Translations under genes and position numbers: made by a program | NCBI GenBank assembly: GCA_038087875.1 | Contig: JAXLNO010005841.1 | Location: 3,534,001-3,598,000 of the forward strand | Length of the DNA: 64,000 nt | From: Malacoraja senta | Taxonomy: Eukaryota | Direction: 5' to 3' | Shown here: positions 38,870 through 51,501 of the stretch, one piece after another | How positions within the stretch are numbered: position 1 is the stretch's first letter | How the letters are laid out: every line of letters starts with the position of its first letter | Notes under the pieces: model-generated | Told to the model about the DNA's origin: nothing | Databases searched by the model: none | What the model saw: the letters and a program-made list of their open reading frames with translations, nothing else

Positions 38870-39310
38870 GGAGGGGTGACAGAAACTGGGAGAGTGGGTG
38901 AAGGTGCCGGAGTTGAAGGGATTACAGAGACGCGGTGATGGGTGTGGGGGGATGCGGGGTGGGGGTTACAGAGGCGGGAAGATGGGGTGTAGGGGCCGAG
39001 GGAGCTGTGTTACCGAGACGGGGACAGTGGAGTAGGGGCCGGAGGGGAGGAAGTTACAGAGACGGGGGGGAGGGGGTGTAGCGACCGGAGGGGACGGGGT
39101 TACCTAGCAGGGGAGAGGGGGTGTAGGGGCCAGAGCGTTGGGGGTTACAGAGACGGGGAGAGGGTGTAGGGGCCGAAGGGGAGGTGGTTACAGGGACGGT
39201 GAGCGGGGGTGTAGGGGAGGGGAGGGCGTTACAGGGACCTGGAGCCGGTGTGACGGGGAGCGGAGGGTGTTACAGAGACGGGGCGACGGGGTGTAGGCCG
39301 CCGAAAGGGT
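38870..39310. repeat. G-rich ~43-bp minisatellite (GGGGTTACAGAGACGGGGAGAGGGGGTGTAGGGGCCGGAGGGA-like); also ~39840-40010, 44540-44870, 47606-47805
   Basis: Recurrent TTACAGAGACGGG / GTGTAGGGGCCG cores in tandem. Confidence 0.85.
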
Positions 39311-39414
39311 GGGGGTCACTCTAACTAACTAAATTATACTCATTTTGTTGATAGTTTCCCATTTGTACAGAGAGTGGGAGGCGGAGACCTGGCGCGGCCG
39401 TCGGGGACACGGGC

Positions 39415-39564
39415 TCAGTTTGTCGCGATGGTGCTCTCGATCCAGGAGACGTAGTTGCAGACGCCAGTGTAGACACCGCGATCGCCCCTCGCGATACATC
39501 CGTAACTCCACGACATCACTGCCTAGAGCACTCTGTTACAAACCTCTGGCCCGCCAGCATTACC
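39415..39564 (-). pseudogene. Trypsin-like serine protease pseudogene B, last exon
   Basis: gtgacAG acceptor; GNAGGPEVCNRVL*AVMSWSYGC..GVYTGVCNYVSWIESTIATN*; catalytic GDSGG changed to GNAGG, internal TAG. Confidence 0.9.
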
Positions 39565-40116
39565 CTGTCACAAGGGCAGATGTGAGTGGAGGTTAATTGG
39601 ATTCGGTAAAGATTGTAAGTTGTCCCCAGTGTGTGTGTGTGTGTGTGTGTAGGATAGTGCATGTACGAATCGTCTCGACGGCAGCGACTCGGTGGGCCGA
39701 ATGGCCTGTTTCCGCGCTGTATCTCTAAACGAAACCAGTGTGTGAACGGGTGATCGTAGCTCGGCACCGACTCGGTGGGCGAATGGCCCGTTTCCGCGCT
39801 CTAGTTGGGAGCGAGGGGGGGGGAGGGGAGGGGATGGGAGGTGGTTACAGAGACGGGAGAGAGGGTAAAGGACGGAAAGTAGAGAGTTGAAGAGACGGGC
39901 AGCGACGGTGTAGGGGCCGGAAGGGAGGGGTTACACATACGGGGAGAGGGGGTGTAGGGGCCGGAGGCGAGCGGTTTACATAGACGGTGGAAGGGGTGGG
40001 GCCGGAGGGAGCGCAGGGGACGGGGGGAACAGAGGGGAGGTGCAGATGGGTGGGAGGGGAGCGGAGGGGAGGGGAGGGGAGGGGAGCGAAGAGGAGGGGG
40101 AGCGGGAGGTCTGTAT

Positions 40117-40237
40117 CTGGCAGGGGTGACTGCTTCTGTCGCCGAGGCACAACACTTTGTCAGTAATCCATCTCTGTCCAGAACCACGACACTCCGCGTC
40201 ATTCCGAATCGGAGCGTCAAAGCGCTGACGCTAGTGG
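40117..40237 (-). pseudogene. Trypsin-like pseudogene B, decayed exon 4
   Basis: QRFDAPIRNDAECRGS..WITDKVLCLG..PCQ matches QCLDAP..C..SYPG.IT.NM.C.G..DSCQ; donor mutated (CAG|ATACAG versus CAG|GTACAG in copy A). Confidence 0.75.
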
Positions 40238-41859
40238 CTGCAAAACGATATTCGCCCTACTCTCTCTCTCCCTCTCTCTCACCCCCTCTTTTCCCCTCTA
40301 ATCTGCCCCTTCCCTCTCTCCCTCTCTCCCTCTTTCCCCCTATCTCTGCCTCCTCTCTTTCCCTTCTCTATCCCCTTCTCTCCCCGCTTCCATCTCTTCT
40401 CCTCACTCCCTGTTCCACCTCGTCTCTCACCCTCTCTCTCCCCCCTCCCCTCTCCCTCCGCTCCTTCCTTTCTACCCACCCACCCCCATCTCTGCCACTC
40501 TTCCCCTCTCATCTTCACCTTCTACCGCCCTCTCCCAATCGCTCTCTCCTCCCTCCTTCCCACCTCTCGTCTTCCTCCTGACTCTCTCTCTCTCCCATCC
40601 CTGTCTCCCTTCCCCTCTCCCCTTTTTTCTGCACTCTCTATCTCTCCACCAACCCCCCTCCCCTCTCGTCCCTCTCCCTGCCCATCCCTTCATACCGCTG
40701 GGGTGTAAGCTCCCCAGAAAAATATGAGGTGCCGTTCCTCCCAATGTGTGCTGGGCCTCACTCTGACAATGGAGGAGGCCCAGGACAGAAGGTCAAATTG
40801 GGAATGAAAGGGGGAGTTGAAGAGCTGAGGGACGGGAGTCAGGTAGGACTGAGCGGAGGTATTCTGATCTTATTAGTTTAATGCTTGAGTTTAGAGTTTG
40901 TGTTTAGTTTAAATTAATTTTATTTCATTCCTCCCTCCCTCCCTCCCTGCCTCCCTCCTCCCCCTCCCTCCCTCTCTCCCTCCTCCCTCCCTCCCTCCCT
41001 CCCTCCGTCCCTCCCTCCGTCCCACCAACTTCCCTCCCCGACCTCGCCCAGCGGTATACAAGGCTTGAAAGAGCACAGGTGCGGCCGCTCGCCAAAGGCA
41101 TCCGCGCCGACCCCACACAACCCTTCTGCTCTTCGTGTTCCTCCGACACGGACTCCCCCCGGGTTCCAACCTACACCCTTCACCCCTTTATTTCCCTCCC
41201 CGTTTCTCTTCCCCCTTCCTCTGTCTACCCATCCTGTCCCCGGCCCTCTCCCTCTCCTCCTCTATCTCCCTCCTCTCTCTCCCATTTTCTCCCTCCCTTA
41301 TCTCCCCCTTCTTTATCTACCCCCACTATTTTTCACCCACTCTCTCCTCTCCCCCTCCTATCTCCCCTTGTCTCCCTCTCCCCTTCTCCCTCTACTACCT
41401 CCCTAATCTCTCTACACCTCTTTCTCCCCCTCCCCCTCTTTCTGTCCCCCATCCCTCTCTCCACCTCTTGTCTCAACCGCTGCGCTCTCGCCCCTCCTCT
41501 CTCACCCTCCCTCTCCCCTCCTTCTTTCCCTTTTCTCTATCTCGCTTCTCGCTCTCTTCACCATCCCCCTCTCACCTCCCCCCCATTGTTAGTGACCTCT
41601 TTCCGTCTCTGCAACCCCCTCCTCCCCGGCCCTTACACTCCCTCTTCCCCGTCTCTGTAATATTCACCTCTCCCTCTCCTCTCCCCCTCCTCTCACCCTC
41701 CTCCCCCATTCATCTCCCCTCCCCATCCTCTCCTCTCCTCACCTCTCCCCTTCCTCGCCTTCTCCCCCCTCGGTACCACCTTCAGCGCGGAAACAGGCCT
41801 TTCGACCCATCGAGTGGATGTCGAATTTGAGCTCATAGTTCATAGTTTGTGTTTAGAGT

Positions 41860-43805
41860 GTGAAGACAAATGTAGGTCCTTCTTCTGTCGTATGTCCTTT
41901 AGACCTGTAGGTCCGTTGAGGCGAGCCAGGCCAACGTGTCATCGTCCAGGCCAATCGGAACTCGTTCACCATTCGGTGGCCGGTGTTTGGGCAACTGGTG
42001 ACTATGTGCTCCACTGTCTGTGTTGCGTCCCCACACTCGCAGGAGAAGCTGTCCAAGAGGCTCCATCTCTTCATCGCTACTGCATAGCGTCCGATGCCTG
42101 TCCTCAAGCGGTTGAGGGTTGTCCACTGCTTTCGGGGCAGGTCCTGGTCAGGGACGTCCATGGGGTCATTGATGTACTGGTGTAGCCTAGATGGTTCCGC
42201 TGACTTCCACTGGTCTCTCCATCTCGTCTTGACGCAGGCGGCCTTAGAAGCGTCAGCAGGTGTTGTGCAGAGCAGCTCTTGGGCTTGAGTGGCAAAGGGG
42301 TGCCGTGACTTGAGGCGCAGTCGTCGTGGTCTCTCTGTGACGGTCTGATGGAGGAGGTGGGATTCGTTGGTCTGTGCCTTTCGGGAGAGGGCCAGCGTGG
42401 CTGCTTCTTGTCTGATGTTGGCTGGGGCAATGCCAGCGAGGACGGGCAGTTGGTTTACTGGGTTGGCTCGTAGGCATCCGGAGACAGTCCGCAGTGCGCT
42501 GTTGAGGGCAGAATCCAGCTTCTTGCCGTGAGGGTTACGGCACCAGACCGGGGCGCAGTACTCGGCGGTTGAGAACACCAGGACCACTGTGGACATGCGC
42601 AGTGTAGGTCCCTTACAATAAGACACAGGCGCATTTATAATGGGAAACGAAGAAATGGCAGAACAGTTAATCGAGTGCTTCAGTTCAGAAGGGAATCCAT
42701 ATTAGTCAGGAAATGGTGTTTGGTAAAATGTTGGGACGGACGGCAGATACATCCCCAGGGCTTGATGGTCTGCATCCCAGAATACTTTATGAGGTGGCCC
42801 TAGAATTCGTGGAAGCATTGGTTATCATTTACCAATGTTTTCTCGACTCTGGATCAGTTCCTGCGGACTGGAGGGTAGCCAATGTAAACACACATTTTAA
42901 GAAAGGAGGGAGAGGGAATTATACACCGGTTAGCCTTACATCGGAATTAAAGGGGCCTTTTCAGAATGGCAGGCAGCGACTAGCAGGGTGCCACAAGGCT
43001 CATTGCTGGGACCCCAGTTATTTACATTATATATTTACGATTTGGACGAGGGAATTAAATGTGGCATCTCCAAGTTTGCGGATGACACAAAGCTGGGTGG
43101 CATTGTCAGCTGCGAGGAGGATGCTGTGAGGTTGTAGGGTGACTTGGATAGGTTGGGTGAATGGGCAGCTGCATGGCAGACGTAGTATAATGTGCATAGA
43201 TGTGAGGTTATCCAGTTTGACGGCAAGAACAGGATGGCCGAATATTGTCTGAATGGTGTCAGATTAGAAAAAAAGGGGAGTGCAACGAGACCTCAATTCT
43301 TGCTATTGAGGGAATGCAGCGTGCGTTCGGCCAGGTTAATTCCCGGCACGTCGAGAGTGACATGTGATGAAAGAATGGGTCGACTGGGCTTGTCTTCACT
43401 GGAATCATGAGAGGGGATCATATTGAAACATACAAAATTCTTAAGGGATTGAACAGGCTAGATGCAGGAAATGTGTTCGCCATGTTGGGGGAGTCCGGAA
43501 CCAGTGGTCACAGTAATACAGAATAAGGGGTCGGCAATTTAGGACTGAGCCCAAGATAAAGTTTATCTGCCAAAGAGTTGTGAATCTGTGAAATTCTCTG
43601 ACATATGAAGCAGTGGAGGCTAATTCATTGGATGTTCTCAAGAGAGAGTTAGATTTAACTCTGTGGGCTAACGGAATCAAGGGATATGGGGAGAATGCAG
43701 GAACGGGGTACTGATTCTATATGATCAGCCATGAATGGTGGTCCTGGTTTGATGGCCCGAAAGGCCTACACCTGCAACTATTTTTAATGTATCTATGTTT
43801 CTATG
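41860..43805 (+). mobile_element. Deleted CR1 LINE (host of the Vingi insertion)
   Basis: VKTNVGP|LQ split by the insertion; SPGLDGLHPRIL, FADDTKL, CR1 tail. Confidence 0.8.
41880..42602 (-). mobile_element. Vingi/Ingi-clade LINE 3' fragment nested in CR1
   Basis: STAEYCAPVW..LD..LN..R..GCL..LAGIAP, W..LNRLRTG..CECG..QTVEHI..CP; flanking duplication TGTAGGTCC (41871 and 42603). Confidence 0.82.
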
Positions 43806-43909
43806 ACAGTAACATGAACCATTCTTCATTGCAACAATTGTATTGATATTTTCCCGGTTGTACAGAGAGTGAGAGGCGGAGACGTGGCGCGGCCTCCTTG
43901 GACACGGGC

Positions 43910-44059
43910 TCAGTTCGCAGTGATGGTGCTGTGCATCCAGTAGACGTAATGACAGACGCGAGTGTAGACGCCGGGATGGTCAATGACCTCACACCCGTAT
44001 CCCCACGATACTATTCACTGGAGCACTCCGTTACACACCACTGGCCCGCCAGAATCAGT
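43910..44059 (-). pseudogene. Trypsin-like serine protease pseudogene A, last exon
   Basis: gtgatAG acceptor; [44 protein letters not shown]; premature TGA at 44015-44017. Confidence 0.92.
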
Positions 44060-44877
44060 CTATCACAAGGGCAGACGTGAGAGGAAGTTAATTAGTCATA
44101 GAGGGATACCACGTGGAAAAAGGCCCTTCGGCCCAACTTGCCAACACCGGGCAACATGCCCCATCTACACTAGTCCCACCTGGCCGCGTTTGGCGCATAT
44201 CCCTCCAAACCGGCCCTGTCAAGGTACCTGTCTAAATGTATCTTAAACGGTGGGATGGTCGCTGCCTCAACGACCTCACCCGGCAGCTCGTTCCATACAC
44301 CCAGCACCCTCTGTGTGGAAAAGTTACCCCTCAGGTTCCTATTAAATCCTCCCCCCTGCACCTTGAACTTATGTCCCCTGGTCCTCGATTCCCCTACTCT
44401 GGGCAAGAGAATCTGTGCGCCTACCCGATCTAAGCTCTCCCTATAGCTCACACCCTCTGGTCCTGGCAACATCTTTGGTGGGCCGAAGGACCTGTTTCCG
44501 CGGTCGGGTGAACGAGAGGTGAGAAAGAAAGGGAAGGGGAGAGAGTTACAGAGACGGGGAGAGGGGGCGTAGAGGCAGGAGGGCTGGTGGTTACTGAGAC
44601 GGGGGAGGGGGTGTAGGTGCCGGAGGTGTGGTGGTTACAGAGACGTGGGGGGCGGGTGGTTTGTAGGGGCCGGACAGGGGAGGAGGTTACATAGACGTGG
44701 AGAAGCGGTGTGGGGGCCGTAGGGGAGGTGGTTGCAGAGACGTGGGGAGGGGATATATGGGCCGTAGAGGAGGGGGGTACAGAGACGGGTGGATGGGATA
44801 TACGGGCCGTAGAGCAGGGGGTTACTGAGACGGGGAGGGGAGGATTTTACAACGACGCGGAGAGAGGGGGTCTGTAC

Positions 44878-45011
44878 CTGGCGGGAGTCGCGCCCTCCCT
44901 CCTTATAGTCGACACACATCATGTTGCAAGTGATCATTCCCGGGTAGGAGCCATGACAGTCCACTTCACTCATAACCGGGGCGTCCAAACACTGAAGGTC
45001 GCCGCGGAACG
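44878..45011 (-). pseudogene. Trypsin-like pseudogene A, exon 4
   Basis: AG/GT bounded, phase 1-0; [41 protein letters not shown] (S1 Asp kept, DSCQ Cys changed to Arg). Confidence 0.9.
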
Positions 45012-45211
45012 CTTGTGGGGTAATTGTGAGAGAAACCCTCTCCCCGTTTCCGTAACCCCCTACCCTACGGTCACTACACCTCCTCTCCCCAATCTTTCCT
45101 TCTTTCTCACATTCCTTTCCCTTTCTCTGTTCCCTCCCTTCCCCTCCCCTCCCTCACTCTTCACTTCCTCTCCTCAAATTCCCTCTCTCTCTCCTCTTCT
45201 CGCCTCCACCC

Positions 45212-47048
45212 TGTAGATTAACCCCTATTAATACATACGATTTATAATCTCCACTACACATATATGCATGCCACCATTTACATGGTATCCTCAGTAAACC
45301 TATCCACACGGCAGCAGCGCGTTTACAACGCATGATGGACGAACTACAGAGGTATGACATCAGACTAACCTACAAACGCGGTAATGGCATGCACTTAGCT
45401 GACACCCTCTCACGGGCACCTCGCCCAACCTGCGAAACACACCTGTCTGATGGTGAGCACGAGGGGTACACGGTTATGGCACCCTAGTGGCTAGAATCGC
45501 TGGCCACTGTCATCCGCCGCGGCTGGCTAGACAAACAGCACCACCTGGCGCTGGCTATCCGTCCATTCTACCCAGTCAGCGATGAACTGGTCATTCAAGA
45601 CGGCATTATAATGAAAGGACATCCCGTAATCCCGAATTCTCTTCAAAGCAAGTACTTCGATATTGTCCATTGGGGCCATCCTGCCGCTGAAATAACACTC
45701 AAACATGCAAAGGGTATGCTTTTCGGGCCTGAAATGGCGGACTACATTCTTGAGAAAGTTGCTACCTGCCCGATTTGCAATAGCCTGACCCCGCACTAGC
45801 AGAAACAGCCGCTTCTCCCGCACCCCACACCGAATTTACCCTGGTCCACAGTAGCAGCCGACATTTTTGAGTGTCACGGCAAACAATACCTGGTTGTAGT
45901 CGATTCCTACTCAGGATGGTTTGAAATCGACCTGCACAGTAGCCCGACCTCAGCCGTGGTCATTTATAAACTCACTCGCCACTTTTCTGACCACGGAGCA
46001 CCCCTCAAGCTACTTTCAGACAATGGAACTCAATTCTCCAGTCAGTTCTTCACAGATTTCGCGAAACGCTGGGACTTTCACCACACCACCAGCAGCCTCG
46101 AGTACAGGCAGTCCAACGGCCTGGCCGAGCGCGCGGTAAGGAGTGCAAAATAAATAATGGAACGCTCACACAGGGCCGGCTCCGATGTCTACCTCGAATT
46201 ACTCCACCCACGGAACATCGTCCGCGACCCTCTCCTGGGATCTTCGGCCGAACGACTCATGACACGGCGTACCCGCTCCACCCTGTCTATGGCCAAGCAA
46301 CTGTTAGAACCACAAGTTCGTGCACCGTCACTGATCCAATCTCAGCTCCAACGTGGCCGCGACATACAAAGAAAATACTACGATAAACCCAGTTCTCCGC
46401 TTCACCCGCTCAACAAGGGACAGGTTGTCCGTTTACGGTCACTCCGAGTGTACGACCCCCCTCGGAGACATTCAGGGGTCAACCGCAGATCCGCGCTCGT
46501 ACCTGGTCAGTATTGACAACGGCATCTATTGACGCACCCGTCAACACCTCCTGTCGGTTAATGAACCGGCACCTCCACGTCCTTATCCGTACCAGCCTGC
46601 CGGTCTTCCCGCACGTTCCGCGAATGCCACTCCAGCGATTCCTCTACCGGTGCCAGCGCCATCCCTGCCTTCCCCGGTGCCCCCATCTCCACCGGTGTCT
46701 TCTCCGTGTTCACCCGATAAGGGACTCGCTCCCTCAGAGAAGGATGAGGCACACGAGGGGTATTACCGCACACGTGCAGGTCGTGTCTGCATGACAAAGC
46801 TGCTGATTGGAAAATTCACCGGCTAGATTTCAACTGTGCACGACCCGTTTCGTTTTATGTGCTCACATATGCACAAGCATGTACAAGTAAAATGAGAAAT
46901 GCCCACACCATATATAGGTGTTTTACAATATGCCCGACTAACCAATATGCTTCGCTTCCTTAAGAGGAAGGAGTTAGATTAACCCGTATTAATCCAACAA
47001 TTTATAATCTCCAGTACACATACATGCATGCCACCATTTACATGGTAT
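45212..47048 (+). mobile_element. Internally deleted Gypsy/Ty3 LTR retrotransposon in the intron between trypsin exons 3 and 4
   Basis: ~70-bp direct repeats (45212-45282, TG..CA; ~46975-47042), TGGTATC after the 5' repeat, purine tract at 46962-46973; RNase H end (LADTLSR), integrase HHCC remnants, VVVDSYS, SDNGTQF, SNGLAERAV; stop codons present. Confidence 0.9.
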
Positions 47049-47291
47049 TTTGGTACTACATAGCTTTACACTAGCAAGGTCAGGCGGCTCTCACAAGCCA
47101 CGCCGAGCTGGAAGTGAATGGCTGGCAGTTTAAATGTTCCTGATTGCTGAAGGAATAAAGATTTATCTTTCACTATGTTTGTCGTTGTGGATCATTCACA
47201 AACACACCCCTCCCATTCTCTCTTTCCGTCTTTCGTCCCCTATTTTCCTCTCCCCCCCCCTGTCTCTCCCCCACCAGTCCCGGAGTCTCAC

Positions 47292-47545
47292 CCGCTTCCC
47301 TGGTGCGCCCCCCCCAGCCGGAGATGAGACACATCTCGCAGGTCTGGGCGCACTTCGTCGGCAGGGAAACGGCGTCCACATTGCTGTTTATGGCGGCGGG
47401 CTGGGACAGTTTGATCATCATGATGTCGTTGTCCATGGTGTAGTAATCGTACTTGGGATGTCTGATCACCATCTCCGAAAAGATGAACTGTTCCGAACCC
47501 TCCGTAACCTTGATATCATTCTCGCCCAGAAGAACCTCTATTCTC
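47292..47545 (-). pseudogene. Trypsin-like pseudogene A, exon 3
   Basis: AG/GT bounded, phase 2-1, 254 nt; RIEVLLGENDI..EGSEQFI..IRHPKY...MDNDIMMIKL..CLISGWG (catalytic Asp motif). Exons 1-2 were not found. Confidence 0.9.
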
Positions 47546-50500
47546 CTACGAACAGAGCGTAAAACCAGACCGCGCCTTAAAACCAAACCCGATCGGAGGG
47601 GATGGGGTTACAGAAACGGGGAGAGGGAGAGGTGCGAGGGCCCGAGAGGAGGTGGTTTCAGAGACAGGGAGAGGGCGTGTAGGGGCCGGAGGGGAGGGCG
47701 TTCCAGACAAGGTGAGAGGGGGTGAAAGGGCCGGAGGAATTTATAGAGACGAGGTGTAGAGGCCGGAGGGGAAGGGGTTACAGAGACGGGGAGAGGGGTG
47801 TAGACCCCTGTATTTACGAGTGGTGATACTGAGCTGACGAAGGGAGGGAGGTAGGGAGGGAGAAAAAAATTGAGAGGTACGGAGGGAGGGAGGTGGGGAA
47901 GAGGGAGAGAGGGGCGAGCGGGGAATGGGGAGAAGAGGGATGGAGCGCAGGGAATGAGAGGAGGGAGGTGAGGGGGAGGTGGAGGGAAGCTGTGGACGGA
48001 GGGTGGGGAGTGGGAGGGAGTTGGAGGGAGGGACTGGGCAGAGGGGAGGGGAAGGGAGGTGGAGGCACGTGGAGGGAGGCTGGGGAGAGATGAGAGGGGG
48101 AGGGAGGTGGAGGGAGGAACGTAGAGGAGGGGCAGGGAAGGTAGGGAGGAGGTTAGAGAGACACAGTTTAAGAATAAGGGGTAGGCCATTTAGAACTGAG
48201 ATGAGGAAAAACAGTTTCACCCTGAGAGTTGTGAATCTGTGGAATTCTCTGCCACAGAAGGCAGTAGAGGCCAATTCACTGGACGTTTTCAAGAGGGAGT
48301 TAGATTTAGATCTGAGGGCTTACGGAACCAAGGGATATGGGGAGAAGGCAGGAACGATTTTGGATGATCAGCCATGATCAAATTGAATAGCGGTGCTGTC
48401 TCGAATGGCCGAATGGTCTACTCCTGTACGTATTTTCCGTATTGCTATGTTTCTATGTTGGACATTTCCACCCTGAGCAAAATGTTCTGACTACCCAATC
48501 TCCACCTCTTCATCTCATATACCTCTATCAAGTCGCCCCCAATATTCCTGAGCAAACACTCCAAGTTCATCCATCCTTCCTTTGTAGCTGAAACGCTGTA
48601 ACCCAGGAAGCATACTGGCAACCCTCATCCGCTACTGTCCGAAAGCATTAGCATCCTCCCTGTAATCGGTATCAAGCCACCAGGCCAAAATGCAATACTC
48701 CACATGCGGTCTAGCCAAAGTTTCAGAGCACATAGGTTTAACGTGAAGGGGAATATATTTCTGAGGAAATAACATGAATCTGAGGGGTATCTTTGTCACA
48801 CAAAGGGTGGTATGGGTGTGCAACAAGTTAGTAGAGGCAGGGACTTTCACGTTTAAGAAGCAGTTATACAGGTATATGGATAGAACAGGTTTGGAGGGAT
48901 ATGGGCCAAAGGCGGGCAGGTGGGATTAATGTAGCTGGGACATGATGGCCGGTCTGGGCAAGTTGGGCCGAAGGTCCAATAACTACGCTGAATCACTCTA
49001 TGCCTCCATGACTATCTGTAAAAATGCTTCTTAAATGTCGATATTATACCTCTCAACCCTTTTCTTTGTCAGCTCATTCCATATATTCAGTTTCTTCAAA
49101 CCAATATCCCTATTAAGGCTTCCCTCTTTCGTGTTTTTGAGGAAAAATCACATCTGTGCATTCATCCAATCGATGCCTTCGCACACCTATCCGATTTGTC
49201 CCAGTCTCCTGCGCCCAAAGCAATACAAACCTTACTTGCCCAAGCTCTTGAATAGCGTACTCTTGAAAAAATATTGATGTGTATTCGCCCTATCAACAAC
49301 TCCCCTCATGGAGTAATTCACCTGAATATGATCTGGAATTCGAAGTACTTGCACAACTGAGGATGTACTTTCTGCGGCAGCCGAGGAAGCTCAATGATGG
49401 GGAAGGCAATGATGGTCCAATTCTATACGGCCATCGTAGAGTCTTTCTTCACCTAATTAAATAATGGTGATGTTCGGATATTTCAACGCGCTTTTAAGCT
49501 GCTCTCTTGACATCCTTTGAGTTACCCCATAAAAGCTTTTCGCTGCGCCTCGGTATACGTGACAATCATCTAAACTCAACTAAACTAAACGGAATTCAAC
49601 TCCACTAAACTAAACTGGTGCTGAAATATATTCTGCTTTTAGACAATAGACAATAAACAATAGACAATAGACATTAGCTGCAGGAGTAGGCCATTCGGCC
49701 CTTGAAACCAGCACCGCCATTCAATGTCATCATGGCTGATCATCCCCAATCGGTACCCCGTTCCTGCATTCTCCTCATATCCCCTGACTCCGCTATCTTT
49801 AAGACCCCTATCTAGCTCTCTCTTGAGAGTATCCAGACAAGCGGCCTCCACCGCCCTCTGAGGCAGAGAATTCCACAGACTCACAACTCTCTGTGTGAAA
49901 AGGATTTTCCTCATCTCCGTGCTAAATGCTTACCCCATATTCTTAAACTGTGGCCCCTGGTTCTGCACTCCCCAAATCACATTACTCGTAATTATTTCAT
50001 CTTCTCATTCCCAAGATCATTTTCTGAAGCCCGGTCTCGACCCGAAACGCCACCCATTTCTTCTCTCCAGCGATGCTGCCTGTCCCGCTGAGTTACTCCA
50101 GCATTTTGTGTCTACCATGTTCACAGTCGTCTCCAACAGGAATTAAACTGGCTTCCAACTGCAGTAACAGGGTAAATTGGTTTAGTTTATGTTTGAAATA
50201 TAGCTTAGCATCAGACCCTTCCGCACAGAGAGTCCACGCTGACCATCGATCTGCCGTTCACAGCAGTTCAGTGTTTTCCCTACTTACGCATCCGATGCCG
50301 ACACATCAGAGGTAAATTCATAGAAACATAGAAAATAGCTGAAGGATTATGTCATTCGCCCCTTCGAGCCAGCACCGCCATTCAATAATATCATTGCTGA
50401 TCATCCAGTTCCTGCTTTTTCCCCATATCCCTAAATTCCGTTAGCCCTGAGAGCTAAATCCAACTGAGTTGTAAAACTAAGTTGCCCAACTCTTTCTTAT

Positions 50501-51501
50501 AGCTCTCTGTTCTCAGCTCATGCCTAGGCCCTCTTGTTTCTTAATCCTCTACACTGGGTAAAAAAGACTGGGGGTATTACTTAATCGAACAAACGCGGGG
50601 CTTCATACTTCTTCAGACCTCGGGCAGCACGGTTCCGCAGCGGTAGAGTTGCTGCCTGATCTACGGGTGCATGTATGTACGGAGTTCGTACCTTCTCCCC
50701 GTGACCGTCTGGGCTTTCTCCAAGATAATCGGTTTCCTCTCGCACTCCGAAGACGTACGGGTATGTAGGTTGATTGGCTTGGAACATTATTAAAACATGT
50801 TACTAGTGCGTGTAGGATGGTGTTAATTTGCGGGGATCGCTGGTAGGCGCGGTCTCGGTGGGTGGAAGGGCCTTTCCGCGCTGTATCTCTAAAATTAAAA
50901 ACTAAAATTCTGATAGAAGTATATGAAATTATGTGGTTCGACAGGATAGGCTATCGCTGATCATGGTCAGCCATTATCACATTGAATGGCGGTGTTGGCT
51001 CGAAGGGCCGAATGGCCTACACTTGCACCTATTGTCCATTGTCTATTGTCTAGTAAACCCATCCCCACCCGTTCTCGCCCCGCCGTCCCCGTGACCCCCC
51101 CCCCCTCCGATGGAAATGACAAAGTTGCGGAGGCGAAGATGTGGGGGCATAGATTGTCGGTGAGAGGGACAATATTTGATGCAGACGTATGCGGCAAATA
51201 TTTTTACATGGAGAATGCTGGGTACCTGGACCGCGTTTTCGGTGGTGATGATGGAGCCAATACGGCAGTGGCGTTTAAGAGTGTTTCGACTGGCACAAGG
51301 ATATGCAGGGAATTGATCGCAATGGATCATGTGCACCCAAATAAGACTATTTTGTCTGGGCATAAGGTTCGGTGCAAATATTCTGGGCGAATGGGGCTGT
51401 CCCTGTGTTATAAAATTCTATGTTTTTATGGTAATTCTGGCTATTTCAGGACATCCGCTGTGGATATGTTTTGATACTAACCCCTCGTGTTTCTCTTGCA
51501 G

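Noticed and set aside
38870-39310. CRISPR-like repeat-spacer appearance
   Set aside because: Eukaryotic degenerate minisatellite with no unique spacers and no cas genes
41040-41150. Possible remnant of protease B exon 3
   Set aside because: Position fits, but no recognisable DIML or SGWG motif
40126-41830. Pro/Ser/Leu-rich ORFs
   Set aside because: Translations of polypyrimidine low-complexity tracts
51471-51501. TTG start of the GPCR ORF in the track
   Set aside because: This stretch is the branch point/polypyrimidine tract of an intron; coding starts at 51502
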